A DNA stretch of 64,000 nt from Hemiscyllium ocellatum (Eukaryota): positions 13,503,138 through 13,567,137 of the forward strand of contig NC_083440.1 in NCBI RefSeq assembly GCF_020745735.1, given 5' to 3'. Each line of letters starts with the position of its first letter. Within the stretch, counting starts at the first letter, position 1. Made by a program: the position numbers and the translations under genes. The notes under the pieces were generated by a model, which saw only the letters and a list, made by a program, of their open reading frames with translations, did no database searches and had not been told where the DNA came from. Below are positions 9,691-22,127 of this stretch, piece after piece.

Positions 9691-12600
9691 TCTTACCATT
9701 TTTGCCATCTTGAAAGATCTCAGAATGGAATGCTATATCTTTTGGTGTGTTTGGACAGTCTGAAGATCTATTCTTTGGAAGAAAGAGCACTAATTGCAAT
9801 ATGAAATGAGATGCATAACATTGAACAGTGTGATCGGGTAGATCCCGTGAAGACTTAGTGGGATACATAATTAGAGGTGACCAACATAAGAGACAAGTTA
9901 ATATGTTCTGAAATGCCTTCTGAGAAAGTCTTCAGCATATGTTTTGTCTTTCTATTTGATAGCCGTGGTGGTACAGAACTGAGGGAAAGCAACAGTGTCA
10001 GATAGTCAGTGTTGAGGGAGTGTTGCATGCCAGGAGATCAGTACTGACACAGCCTTGAACAGTTGGAGGGTTAGCTCTTTGGGAATGCTGCACATTCGAA
10101 AGGTCAGTACTGATTGAGCACTGCAGTGTTGGCGTGCCGCTACTTTGAGAATGCTATCCTGAGGCAATGTTTGCTAGTTATAATGAAATTGACACTACGA
10201 CCCTTCAACCCCAGATGTTTCTGAGTCTGTGCCTTTATGACCGCTCCAGAAAAAGATCAAAGGCAGCATAACTTTATTTTCAGAGCAGAATCGTCACATG
10301 CTGGCCTCTGCAACAACACTGTTGGAGTGCTGCTCTGTGGAATACCTGGTGTTTGGGAGTACTGCCCTGTGCAGGTTCGGATCAATGGGATGTATTGAGT
10401 TTCAGACCGACAGTACAGAGGGAGGGCAACCCTTTCTGAGCATGAATGTTGAGGAAAGATGGCAGAATCTGATCACTACGGGAGCAGTGTAATCTGAGTG
10501 GGAAGTAAGGGAATTTTCACGCAAATTGAGCAAGGAATTCTACAATCACTACTTGAAAGCGGGACGACAGATTTGCCTTACTGTCCTGAAACTGCTATAC
10601 TCAAAGACCTCCACTCTAACATGCTAGAATGATGAACTTAAAATCCAGTTTTGTGGGAGCCTTCTGTGCTTACATTGGCTATCTTGATTCATACATTAGG
10701 GTAGTGCCTATTTTTTAACTACATAATCTGGAGAGAAAACAAACTCACTGAGTTACTGAAGCTGGCAAAGGCAATTTAGCAATAATTACACTAAACCAAT
10801 TTGATCTTTAAAAAGAATATTGAATTGCAATCAATAAATTCTGTCGTTTTGTCTTTTATAGCCCTGTCCATAACTGCACTGAAATATCAACTAGACAGAG
10901 AGAAATAAATCATTGTGACTACCAGACGTTTATTCATCGATGCATGCTCTGGTGTTGTAACATGCATTGTGATGGATACCTATCCATGTTCATCACCATA
11001 TACATGTACATCCATCTAGAGCAATACGGAGTCAGTCGGTGATTGGCTATAACTGTTTGTTAATGAAAAGCAGCACATTCTTATTTGTTGTTCGGTGATT
11101 TTAAGAAGAAAAACAAAAAAAAGCATGATCGATTCCCAATACTCCCATTAAGTTATGTAAATTGCAAGCTTAGTGATATATTTCAATGCCATTTAGTGAG
11201 ATAACATGCTGAAGGTGACGCAACGTACGGATTCCACTGGTTCATCGGATTATATAAATTTAACATGCTACCCGAAAGGAGTACTCAAACATTTACTCAG
11301 GTACACTTCTTTTGCGTGACAGTTAAAAGGCAGGGATTGAGTCAAACTTTAATTAAGGAAAACATTCCTTATTTAACTCGTCAAATACCAATACCTCACA
11401 AATATCAATAAATGATTCAATAATCTATATAAGGAGCAAAAAGAAAAGCTAGAGATGTCTTCCTTTAAATCATGATTCCTTAGTTTTGTATTCTTCAACA
11501 AAAGGAAGCATCTTTTCAACATCTATCTGTTCCGTTTTCCTCAAGATCTTATTTGTATCAATTATGTCACCTCTAATCTAACTCGGAAGGTATAGGTCAT
11601 AGATCCAGAGAGCATGGCTAAATGTAAGGGGCACAATTTGCAATATAGAGATAAGTAAACATGTTTTTATTTTCAAAGAATTTCGAGAGTTTTTGAAATT
11701 CCTTTCCTCAAAAGGTATTGGAAACAGAATTTTAAAATATTTTAAATGCAGACATAGACGTATTCGTGAGTTACCAAGGGAATTAAAGATTATCTGGGTG
11801 ACACATGAACGTGGAGTGAGGTGAAAATCAGAACAACTGTGATCTTATTGGATGGTGGGTTAGAGTCTAAGGGCTGAGTGGTGTACACTTGCTCCTTGTT
11901 TTTTTCTCATTCCTACATTCTTGCGTCTACCTTTTTTTCTGACAAGGTGATACACAATGTCTATCTACATTGGAACTTGGAACTAGATCAACTAGTGAAC
12001 TGCTAACAGAAATGGTGAGTCTGTCTAGACGTTTCTCATAAGACAACAAACTCCTGACTCATATTAGTCAACCAAATGTTGTCTGAATTGCTTCCAACAT
12101 ATTAATATCTTTTTGTAAGTACAGTGTCCACAGTACTCCAGACATGACCTCACTAATACTTTTGAAAACTAAAGCTTCACATCCTAACATTTTACAACAC
12201 TTGCTCACACTTTCAGTCAACAGCAAATAACCATTATGATCATAGCCTTGTCTAAAAGTGAACTTGCTGAAGTAAAAGTAAACGATTTGGGCTATATTTA
12301 TTGATAAAGCCAAAAGAAGCACCTACTGAAATGATTTTTATTTCAAAAGTAAGCTAGATTCTACTGTACATCGGCGTTAGTGGGCTTAATAAACAAATAC
12401 TCCCCAACTTCCATATTGTTGTTGCGCCTTTGGCAATAATATATAATGTAAGCAACTTGGAATAGACAGAATAATACACCCATGCTTTGGCCAATTGGAA
12501 AGACTTGTCGCAGTGATGTTCTTCATACTAGTTTTATAACAAGAAATGGTTCAAATTGATTATACCAGAAACATTTTTTAAACAAAAAGATGCCATTTCA

Positions 12601-14496
12601 TTATAAGAAAATGAAATGAACATCAAATGATCTGTCAGTATGTTTTTTAAAGAAAAAGGTGAATGCCCGTCAACAGAAATACATACTAAGATAGAAAAAA
12701 AGAGACAAAGTCTCGTGTCGTCTTTATATCGTTTTAGATTTTGCATGAGTAACAGCAGAAAGGAAACTGTTAACTGCAAGGACCACTCTCACCTTATTTG
12801 AAAGAATCCAGGGAAAATATATAAATGTTTCAGAACAGTTAACGTACCAACGATACAATTCAGAAGAAAAGAAAATATTGTCGCTGACACATTGGGAAGA
12901 GCACATATGAAGAAAACCTATTTCAGTGATCAAAAAGAATTTAGGTGAAATATAGTATATGTAAATCATCATCCCGGTACCAAAGAGAACACGTGTAACT
13001 ACTATCCAGTGCTTTGATCACCATAAGGAGAAAACAAAAAGAACTCTCGCAGCCCAGCCTTCCTTGAGTCCTTTCAACTTGTCTATTGATGCAAAAAGCC
13101 CACGGCTGACGCTTTTTACATCGTCCTACACTTACCCCTGAAAAATCGGAATAATAAGGAGCGTATATCAGTTCGTTGGACAGGCAGCCTATAGCAACTC
13201 TCAACTGACTCAGTCAAACGCCTGACAAAAGACAGCTGGAGTGGTTGGTTTTGCTGCCGATATTTCTTTGAAGTTACCAAGCAGTGAAAGCCATGTGCAC
13301 AATTCTATGGTTTGTTTGTTAGGCACATTAGATTTCAGAGAGGGTTTCCTCTAAGACTGGGAGAAGACGTTTTGTGAGAATTTGGATGCTGGCCTTCCTA
13401 ACGATGACTAGCATGAAGATTCATTGATCATTCTGACAGTCCACTTTCTCATTGACGATTGTGGTAATGGCAGCGTTCCCAAGACCAGCAGGAATGTCCT
13501 TTTTTTATCTGATTTATGTATTGTCACATGCATCTTATGTCAAACAACAGTGCAAATTGTTGTACTTTGTTTCCATTCTCTTATAAGATAGAGAAATAAA
13601 CAAAAGACATAGAGTATAAAGCAGAAAAATGAAGAAATAAAGGAAGTGCCCAAATTTACACTTCTTCTTGTTAAGTACTTCACCATTGTTCATTGGCCAG
13701 ACACGAATTTAATTCGCTGTGCCATCGCAGTTGGAACAAAAGTCGCCACTCTTCAGCAGAATGTTGATCTATCATGGAGAAGAACGGATGTGTAATTTAA
13801 ATTCATGTTGAGAGATTTTTCGGATTTCTTGTGCGTTAGAATACATTCACTAGGATATCATATGTAATGGACGCACAATACTCTACATGTAATGGTGCTT
13901 TGTGGAATGATGAGAATGGGAATGGAGGAGTATGAGAAGGCAGGGTTGATGTGCATTCTTTCTTATTCCTTCACATAGTGTGGGCGTCATTTGCAAGACC
14001 AGCATTTATTGCCCATTCCTAATTGTCCAGATGGCAGTTAACAGTCAAAAACATTGCTGCATATCTGGAGTCACATGCTGGTCAGATCAGGTATGGAAGG
14101 AAGATTTCCTTCTCTAAAGCAGGTTAAAGAATTGGATACATCTTTTTCACCTGGTGGCCAATAATGTTTTCATGGACTTAATTATAAATGTTTTTCTAAA
14201 TGTGATTTCCATCATGGTTGGATTTGAAACTGCATTGCAGAAGAATTACCAGCCTTTCTGGATTAATGAATCGAGTAGTAATACCATCAGGTCATCGAAT
14301 GCCTTGCACAATTCCCCCTGCCCAGTTGCACTCCTCTACAGTGAAAATTTATAAATCAATGCCTTAACTGTTGCATTGTCAAGCATGTCCCTTCTGTTTT
14401 CAGGAATTATTTGCAAAATCTTGACAGACGTCACAGCAAGCATTTTGATGCAAAGATGCTGTCCCAATCGCTTGGCTCATAGTGAAAAAACTGATA

Positions 14497-14535
14497 AACC
14501 TTTGACTCAGCTCTGAGACTGTTTGAATCACTGTA
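14497..14535 (-). other. Degenerate 23-RSS
   Basis: TACAGTG, 23-nt spacer, TCAAAGGTT. Confidence 0.75.
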
Positions 14536-14833
14536 ATAATCAGCGGTACAATAATAAAGTGCAATGTCAGTCGGTTCCATGCTCAATATTTTCAGTCTGC
14601 ACCACGTCTACCTGGGACAGGAGACTAACCACCTCTCCTTGAAACCCTCTTCAGGCATAGGATCAGAGAAAAAATAGAGATCATGAGGTACAGGAACCAT
14701 GTCCTCCATGATTGCAGTACCAGCACAAATAGTTGTGTTTGGTGTCAGTCCAGTCACAATGCAATTCCACTGTTCCTCCCTGGACAAAGGATACTCACTT
14801 TATCCACTGGAACACGAGAGAACATCGGCAACC
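14536..14833 (-). pseudogene. TRBV: TRBV pseudogene, V exon (D-proximal)
   Basis: After a TTGCAG acceptor, the fragments GGTVELHC..NYLCWY, SDPMPEEGFKERW and CRLKILSMEPTDIALYYCTADY are recognisable, with frameshifts and stops. Confidence 0.88.
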
Positions 14834-15640
14834 CTGCAAGTAGGAGGTTGAGAAAAAAAAATGTCGCTTCTATCACATCTTGGTACTATCTAGAAAAAAC
14901 ACCACAGTTGCTGAACAACTGGGCTGCTTCGCCTGTTAATCCTGCTTTGCAAATGCCCACCAGTGTCTTACCATCGCGGCGGCCACTTCTGACTTTGTCA
15001 CATTAGCTCTGAGGCTGATCATAGGCCGTCTGCACGGATGTGCTCACTGGACACAGAGACAGCAGCAAAAGAGAAATGAGCAAGAGCAAAACAAAGAACT
15101 GTGGATGGTGGTAATCTGAAACTAAAATAGAAATTGGCAGAGAAACTCAACAGGTCTGGCAGCATCCGTGGAGACAGTGAAACAGGGTTAACCTTTTGGA
15201 ACCACGGACTGGATACGAAACGTTTTGGTTTGTTTTGCTCACCACTGATACTGCCACACCTGTTAAGTTTCTTTACCAGTTTGAGATTTTGTTTAAGAAA
15301 TGTTTTGTTCAATATATCTTCAAAAGCAAACTAGCAAAAGGAAGGCATTTACATACGCGTATTTATTAGAAAAGTAAATGAAGTGGAGATTGATGTACTT
15401 CAGAAGACGTGTCAACGAATTGAGCCTGTCTGATTGGGATCAATCCTCTACCTACACCGAAGATTATAGCTCATTTTGTAGCATTTCAGACAATCATTCT
15501 TCTTCAATAAGAATGCGTTTTATAATTAGTGCAATTTTATAAAATGGTGCAATTGCTTGAAGTATTTCTGTAGTACATAAAAAATGTCACTCAAACTGAT
15601 TAAGCCTTTTCCAAATTGCTTAAAAATGATCAATCCTTAC

Positions 15641-15686
15641 GTTGGAACAACAGGAGCATAAGATGAAAGTAAACAATACGGAGCAT
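15641..15686 (-). pseudogene. TRBV: Leader exon of V at 14536 (MLRIVYFHLMLLLFQ)
   Basis: 46 nt, ATG, hydrophobic, phase-1 GTAAGG donor, perfect decamer 99 bp upstream. Confidence 0.82.
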
Positions 15687-15784
15687 ACTGTAAGCTGTCC
15701 CCTCAAACATTCAGCTATGTCTGGCTCTCATGGAATTAGAAAAATATTGCTCATGTGTCTGGCTTGTCCTCTTAAGTGCGGAAA

Positions 15785-15794
15785 TGACATCACT
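15785..15794 (-). promoter_or_regulatory. V-beta promoter CRE-like decamer AGTGATGTCA
   Basis: Exact match to the conserved TCR V-beta decamer, 99 bp upstream of the leader ATG. Confidence 0.85.
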
Positions 15795-15869
15795 GCAAGG
15801 CTACCAAATAGACATAAATCGAGAAAACCTGACGAAGCTGTTGGTGTTTAGTGCACAAGGCCTGACCAA

Positions 15870-16550
15870 ATAGGTCATTGATACCTGAAGAAGGTGTTTG
15901 ATAATCTTGCTTTTAATTGTCAGTGCATTGAATGTAGGAGTTGTGAGGCTATGTTACAGCTGTTAGGCCATTTTCAGGTTAATCTGCGTGGCCACATTTG
16001 GAATAATCTGTAAGTTTTTGTGTACATGTTATTGGAAATATGCTTTTAAATTTGAAAGGAATCGAAAAAAAACATCAAGCAAGAATGTTGCCCGATACGA
16101 GGCATTGAACTATTAGGAGAAGTTGAATAGCCTTGGGTCATTTTCTCTGGTGCATCGGAGGGTGAAGGCTGACCTTATAGATATTTCTAAAGACATGAGG
16201 TATATGGAAAGAATAAATAGACAAGGTGTTTCCTTTTCTAGGGTAACGATTCCAAATGCACAGGGAATGTGTTTAAGGTGAGAGAGGTAACATTTAAAGT
16301 AGACCTAAGGGGCATCGTTTTCACGCAGAAGGTGGTGTCTGTGTGGAATGAGTTGCCAGTGAAAGTAGTGGAGGTGGGTGCAATTGCAAAATTTAAAACG
16401 CATCTGGATGTTTATATGAATAGGAAAGGCTGGCAAGGAAATGGGAAAAATACTGATAAAGGAGAATAGGTCAGTTTAGGATATCTGGTCAACATGGACG
16501 AGCTGGACCAAATGGGTTGCTTGAGTGCTCCATAAGTTTATGATTCTAAA
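15870..16550 (+). mobile_element. CR1-like LINE 3' fragment
   Basis: FTQKVVSVWNELP motif. Confidence 0.78.
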
Positions 16551-16667
16551 TCATCTGAACAACATGAAGTTAAAGGTCCAGACAACAGCCACTGGATATG
16601 GTCATAGCTGACAACTGACTTCATACCTTCTGTGGCTGGAGGAGAAAGTGAGGTCTGCAGATGCTGG

Positions 16668-16765
16668 AGATCAGAGCTGAAAATGTGTTGCTGGAAAAGC
16701 GCAGCAGGTCAGGCAGCATCCAAGGAACAGGAGATTCGATGTTTCGGGCATAAGCCCTTCTTCAG
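16668..16765 (-). mobile_element. Penelope 3'-end fragment
   Basis: Reverse complement of 46015-46113; sister copies near 24698-24795, 26135-26205 and 56700-56780. Confidence 0.75.
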
Positions 16766-17740
16766 AACACATTTTCAGCTACCTTCTGTAGCTACCAACG
16801 TGTCTGATATCTTTAGAGAGGGAGTTTACCAGGCCCACTAACCCTCTCCATTTCAACACACTGCTGTGTCCCCTGCCCAACATCTTTGTCGCAGTTCTCC
16901 AATGAAGATCACCACACGCTGGAGGAACAGCACCTCAATTTCCATTTGATAACCCCATGGTCCTTGGGACTCAATATCAAGTTCAATAATTTTACAACCT
17001 ACATATGAAATTTACCATGCTCCCAAACTTTATGGCCTGTCGTCATATATATTGTTTCCCGCAGAGCCAATCCATTTTCACTCAAACATTGCCAATTTTC
17101 ATTCTCTCTTATTTAATGTTAATCTTTGCCCAACTGGCTTTCTCAGTCTGGTCTCCTTCCCCACGTTAGAACTTAACCTTTTCCTTCTCCAATCAACATA
17201 TGTAGCAACATTGTCCTTGCTAGTTCTGATGAAGAGTCACTCTGTTTTCGTTCTACAGATTATGCCAGCCCTACTGCTGTACTTCAGAAATTTTTATTTT
17301 TGTTTCAGATTTCTAGCACCGGAAGTTCTTTGGTTAATCTCATTCCACCCACACTCTCGACACTTCTCAAAATCTGATGAGCACCATACTGTGAGGAGAA
17401 TGCCTTAAGTGATCTTTGTGCTGGATCTCACTGTTGAAAGATGCTGCAACATATGACTTGAGTAGGCATGACATGAATTGGAGCATCCTGAATCAGAGGG
17501 AGGGTCACTTCAGCAACATCACAGGAGCGATTTATCTTTGGTGTTATGAGTCTGCCCTTAATGTGCATTAATGCAACAATTGGAAACGCAAGAAATTTAA
17601 TTCTCGGCATTAATGGGTGAAAATTGTCACGGTGATTTGATGCTGGAAAGGGTGAAATCTTCAATAAGTTGCAGATGCATTTGTGTGCATTGCCTTCTCG
17701 TGCTTCCCAATCTGGCTGCTCACAGTTGAGTCAATTGTGA

Positions 17741-17779
17741 GATTTTTGCAAATGCCCTGCACTGGTTTGTGCCTCTGTG
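17741..17779 (-). other. 23-RSS
   Basis: CACAGAG, 23-nt spacer, GCAAAAATC. Confidence 0.9.
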
Positions 17780-18081
17780 ATCACCGGCAACACAGAAATA
17801 AAGCGTAATATCGGACAACTGCAGCTGCAGAATTTTCAGGCTGCATGACTTCATATTGCGCCTCGTGATTTTCAATCTTGCCTTGAAATCCTCTTCGAAC
17901 GTCGGCTCTGAGGTAGCAGAGGAAGTTGCTATGCGCTGCAGACCTGCTGGTCTGTACTGGCGGTACCACTACACGTAATTGTAGCTTGTGTCGTTTTGGT
18001 AGCAGTGCATCTCCACTGTCTTCCCTTTTCTAACAAAGAAACGGTTCCCCCACTGTAGGATCAGGGCGCTCTTGCGGTCAG
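17780..18081 (-). pseudogene. TRBV: TRBV pseudogene V exon (in-frame TAG: YNYV*WYRQ)
   Basis: 302-nt exon KTVEMHCYQNDTSYNYV*WYRQ...SCSLKILQLQLSDITLYFCVAGD with a single stop. Confidence 0.95.
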
Positions 18082-18523
18082 CTGAGGGGAATGGAAGAAT
18101 AGGCATGGTAAAACATCAACTATAAGAATAACTACAGATATCCTTAGACAGAGCTGCGTTTCTCTGATCACACAGTCATGGCCGTGAAAGACTGGGGCAC
18201 ACTCCAACTCGCCACGTTTGGCTGAAATGGTGTTTGTTGTGGAATCCTAGATGTGTTCTCGGTTTCCCACATTCTAACCTGTTAAAAATCTTCCAGCCTC
18301 AGCAACACATGACATTTCCCATTGTGGACAGAAAGAATGGCGTGGGCATCGCGCCCTGTTGTTTGAAAGTTAAGCATGGACACTTTCATTTCGCAAGACT
18401 GTTCCGTGGTTTTTTTAAGAAAGTAAGCAAGAACGAAACTTGCAAATGAACTGACTGGATGAAGTTTGTGTACAACACTAAATACAGATTAAGATTGGCT
18501 CAAATAGTTCGCTGCGATGCTAC

Positions 18524-18569
18524 CTGGGAGCAGCAATAAGAGGAGATGCAGAGAAAGAGCACCAAATAT
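18524..18569 (-). pseudogene. TRBV: Leader exon with lost start codon (ATA-FGALSLHLLLLLP)
   Basis: 46-nt paralog of the intact leaders with ATG changed to ATA; donor GTAGCA. Confidence 0.85.
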
Positions 18570-18649
18570 TATCCGTCCCAACTTTGGTACAGCCTGATGC
18601 AGTGCCAACCCTCTCGCCCTGTTGTGGTACTTAATGCTTAGCTAAGGAT

Positions 18650-18658
18650 GTGACATCA
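18650..18658. promoter_or_regulatory. V-beta promoter CRE-like motif GTGACATCA
   Basis: About 82 bp from the leader start, in the conserved promoter block. Confidence 0.8.
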
Positions 18659-20399
18659 TTGTGAGAACTTTCGATGGATCTACCACATTCCCATCTAAGG
18701 AAAAGTAGATATCCTGGCGATGAAAACGCTGAAAACTGACTCACACAGTCGTCATGCAAGACGGACGATCTTATTGACACCCTGTAGGTTCTTACCACAG
18801 ATTGGAATGATTCATCAGTGTTTGTTTCTTTTCGGGAGGGAAAGCAAGTCACTTCATATCAAACGGTTGTAGAATTCTTTAGAAGCCGCTACATTGCTCC
18901 ACTTTGCAAAGTAGAATGGACACAGAGAAGAACGTCAAAATAGTTAGGCTATCTCGAACAGCACACAACGGAACTGCATATTCCATGGTTCAGGAATTCG
19001 TGTTTAATGCAGCATTTAAATTGTGGGCAACTGCCGACAAGGCGCACTGTTGAAGTCTTATTTCTTTTCAACCAAAACGCAATGAAGATACATTCTGTTA
19101 TTGAACCCCTTTCAGTGTCTCAAAAATATATTGCTAATACCTTGTATAAAGAGGACATGCCTCTGGATATTTTGCAGCTTCGGAGAAAATCAAATTCTAA
19201 CGTGTCTTTGTTTCTCCATACGCAAATATTGTACAGTTTTGAATGGTTCTAGTCAATATGCATCTATACAAAGATTTTGAATGAATAAAGTTTAGTTTAG
19301 AAACAAATTAAAGCCAGTTCCTAAGAATGGTACATTCTTTTCTCAACCGCGCAACGCCCCACCCCTCCCGCCCCCATTGCATCAAAATGAATGGAAATAT
19401 CTCCCTGCATGCGTGGAAAATGCCTCCATTAAAAAATGCAAGGGTGCTACCTGAAATGTCAAAATCTAATATCTGTTTATCTTCTCACAGCAAAAAGGCT
19501 AGAACAATTTACAACCTTTTGTACGCCCATTTTTCATGGATAATATATTGTTTGCCAATGTTCCTCTAATGCAATAGTTGCTGTTGCAATGACAAATAAA
19601 TACAGTATTTTATTAAGGCAAACGAATGAATCTGTTCAAAGACGTCAAAACACAACTCTGGTACAGGTGTATTGAACTCAGACCTCCTGATTCTGAGGTA
19701 TGAACACTACCACAAGAGACATCTTCATTTATTCAGGTAAAATCGAATCAACCTGATGGGATATGTCATGACAGAATTCTGGAGACGGTGGAAGTTCAAT
19801 GTTCTTCTCCTAGCTCGAGGTAATGCTACCAGTATTGATTCGCAACAACATCTCTCATATATAGATGTATTCCAATCAGTCTGTGGACAGATATTGTCAA
19901 TATTTGCAGAATATGTGGGAGTTGAACTCAGGACTGCTGGTTTATATGTAGAGACATTAGTCAACTCTTCACAAAAGTGAACATTATGATAACAGAAAAG
20001 TATTTCCATTGTCCACAAACGACTCTGATTCAAGGTGATTATCAAAAAGCATTAATTAAGTTTTGTTTTCTCTGCGTATTCAAGCAGTTACTGGGAGCTG
20101 CCGTGAAGCTTCTCTGGCTGAAGCAAGAATATTATTAATCTTGAGAAGACAGGTCAGATTTTTTTTACTCCGCAAACAATTGTTGCGTTTGGGGAGAGAG
20201 AGGTGAAGACGTGAGAGAGATAGGATAAACAGACGTGACATTTAGCTCATACAATTGAATGGGATTCATTTTACTGTGAAACTATTTTGACAAACAAACA
20301 TGCTCTTCCAGGCTAACATGTCGAGCATGCCATCCTGTATAAGTGCAGAAGTTCCTTTGAACATGCCAAAGAGATTATCACAAACAATTGCAAAGTTAT

Positions 20400-20975
20400 C
20401 AGGAACAGCAGCCAGTAAATGAATGCTCGATTTGAAGATTGGCACCTCAATTGTCCAATTGCTGATTCAGAAAGAAGATAAGAAAGTGAATGGGAGGCGA
20501 GCATTTATGGCTGGATGAATAAAAGGAAGGATGTCATGAAGAAATAATAGGTAGACTTAGGGTCATCTTCCTCATAGCCGAAAAGGATCACAATGAACAA
20601 GATTGAGATGTATAAACTAATGAAGTAATGACAAAGCATAGATAAGAATGAATGGTTCCCTGGATGGAGGAATCAATGAAAAGGATCAAACTTTAACAGA
20701 AGGGCCACGAACTTTGGTGGAATTGCTCAGAAAACCTTTCCTTTCACAAAGATGTTGAAGGGACTAAGGAAGTCACTGTCTGCAATTGCGTTAGGATAGA
20801 AAGATCCATCACATTGAATAAGCATTTAGATGTACGCTTGAGTTGCCAGGACATACAACGATATGGGTAAAGTGCTGGAAAATGACCTCAGAATAATTAG
20901 GTTACTGTTATTGGCCAACGTGGGTACAATGTACTGAAGAGTCTCCTTCTGTGTTGTCAATCACTATGACTAATT
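20400..20975 (+). mobile_element. CR1-like LINE 3' fragment
   Basis: Decayed CR1 end motifs. Confidence 0.6.
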
Positions 20976-21119
20976 TTCGCTCCTTACAGACTGGGAATTT
21001 ATTTTCTCCACTCAGAGAGTCATGTTGGGTTGGCATGGAAGCAAAACCAACAACAATCTTCTTGAAAACTAACAGCAGCTCTTTCCCTATCACTCGGCTC
21101 ATGGTATAATAAGCCAATA

Positions 21120-21158
21120 GGTTTTTGACCCAGCTCCGAGTCTGGTGGTAACACTGTG
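21120..21158 (-). other. 23-RSS
   Basis: CACAGTG, 23-nt spacer, TCAAAAACC. Confidence 0.96.
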
Positions 21159-21460
21159 ATCACTAGCAGCACAGTAATAGACTGCAGTATCAGTCGGCAC
21201 TAAGCTCTGTATTTTCAGGCTGCACGACTTCTGACTACCTCTCGTGACTTCAAACCTCTTCTTGAAACTCTCTTCAAATCTGGGCTCAGAACCGAAAATG
21301 GAGGTTACTACGAGCTCCAGACCTGCTCCTCTGTGCTTTCGGTACCAGTACATGTAGCTCTCGTTAGTGTCATTTTGGTAACAGTGCATCTCCGCCATTT
21401 TCCCTTCTCCAAAAGACAAGTGGTTCTCCAGTTGGGAGACGAGGGCGCTCATGCAGCTAG
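21159..21460 (-). CDS. TRBV: Functional TRBV, V exon (..MAEMHCYQNDTNESYMYWYRK..DTAVYYCAASD)
   Basis: Open 302-nt exon with conserved Cys, Trp and YYC, a CAG acceptor, an intact leader and a 23-RSS. Confidence 0.97.
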
Positions 21461-21994
21461 CTGAGGAGAAACGGGAGAACAGACAGGATTAAATTTCAAT
21501 TATCTGCAGACAATATTGAGAGGCAATTTATACCAACGGAAGGAGGAACTTTTCCCTCAGAGCTGTTTGACACAGACATCCTCAGACAGATCCATACTTT
21601 CCTGGATTCACAGTAACAAAGGAGAAAAAGTGCTGCAAGCTCTTCATTTTCAAGTTTAGCTGAAATGCCGATTGTTTGCGGGGACGCAGGTGTGTCTTCA
21701 TGTCTCCACATTGCACAAACTTCAACATCCTCCCACTTTAATAAGGTTTGACATATCCCCATTATTGTGAGAGAGTTTGTGATCTCAGCCGCTCACTAGT
21801 GTGGGCATTGTGCGTCATTATTTGGAAGCTAAGCACTGTCACTTCCATTCTGTTATCAGACAGTTCTGTTCATTTTTCATTGAGAGATTGAACAGTAAGA
21901 AAAGAAAGCTTGCAAATCATCTGTCTGTCAGAAATTCGGCATCAACAGCGAATAAACTACTGACTCAAAGTGTTTGCCAAGGTTTCAAGGTTAC

Positions 21995-22040
21995 CTGGGA
22001 GCAGCAGTAACAGGATATGCAGAGAATAAGCACCGAACAT
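21995..22040 (-). CDS. TRBV: Leader exon MFGAYSLHILLLLLP
   Basis: 46 nt, phase-1 GTAACC donor, splices in frame to 21460. Confidence 0.93.
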
Positions 22041-22118
22041 TATCTCTTACAACTTCATACAGCTCTCCCATACTGCAAATTATCTCGCCCTGTCCCCATT
22101 TAATACTCAGCTCTGTAT

Positions 22119-22127
22119 ATGACATCA
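22119..22127. promoter_or_regulatory. V-beta promoter CRE-like motif ATGACATCA
   Basis: About 80 bp from ATG; CCAAT nearby. Confidence 0.8.

Noticed and set aside
17764-17779. Apparent RSS with heptamer directly joined to a nonamer (CACAGAG-GCACAAACC)
   Set aside because: GCACAAACC is the start of a normal 23-nt spacer that aligns with paralogs; the true nonamer GCAAAAATC is at 17741-17749.
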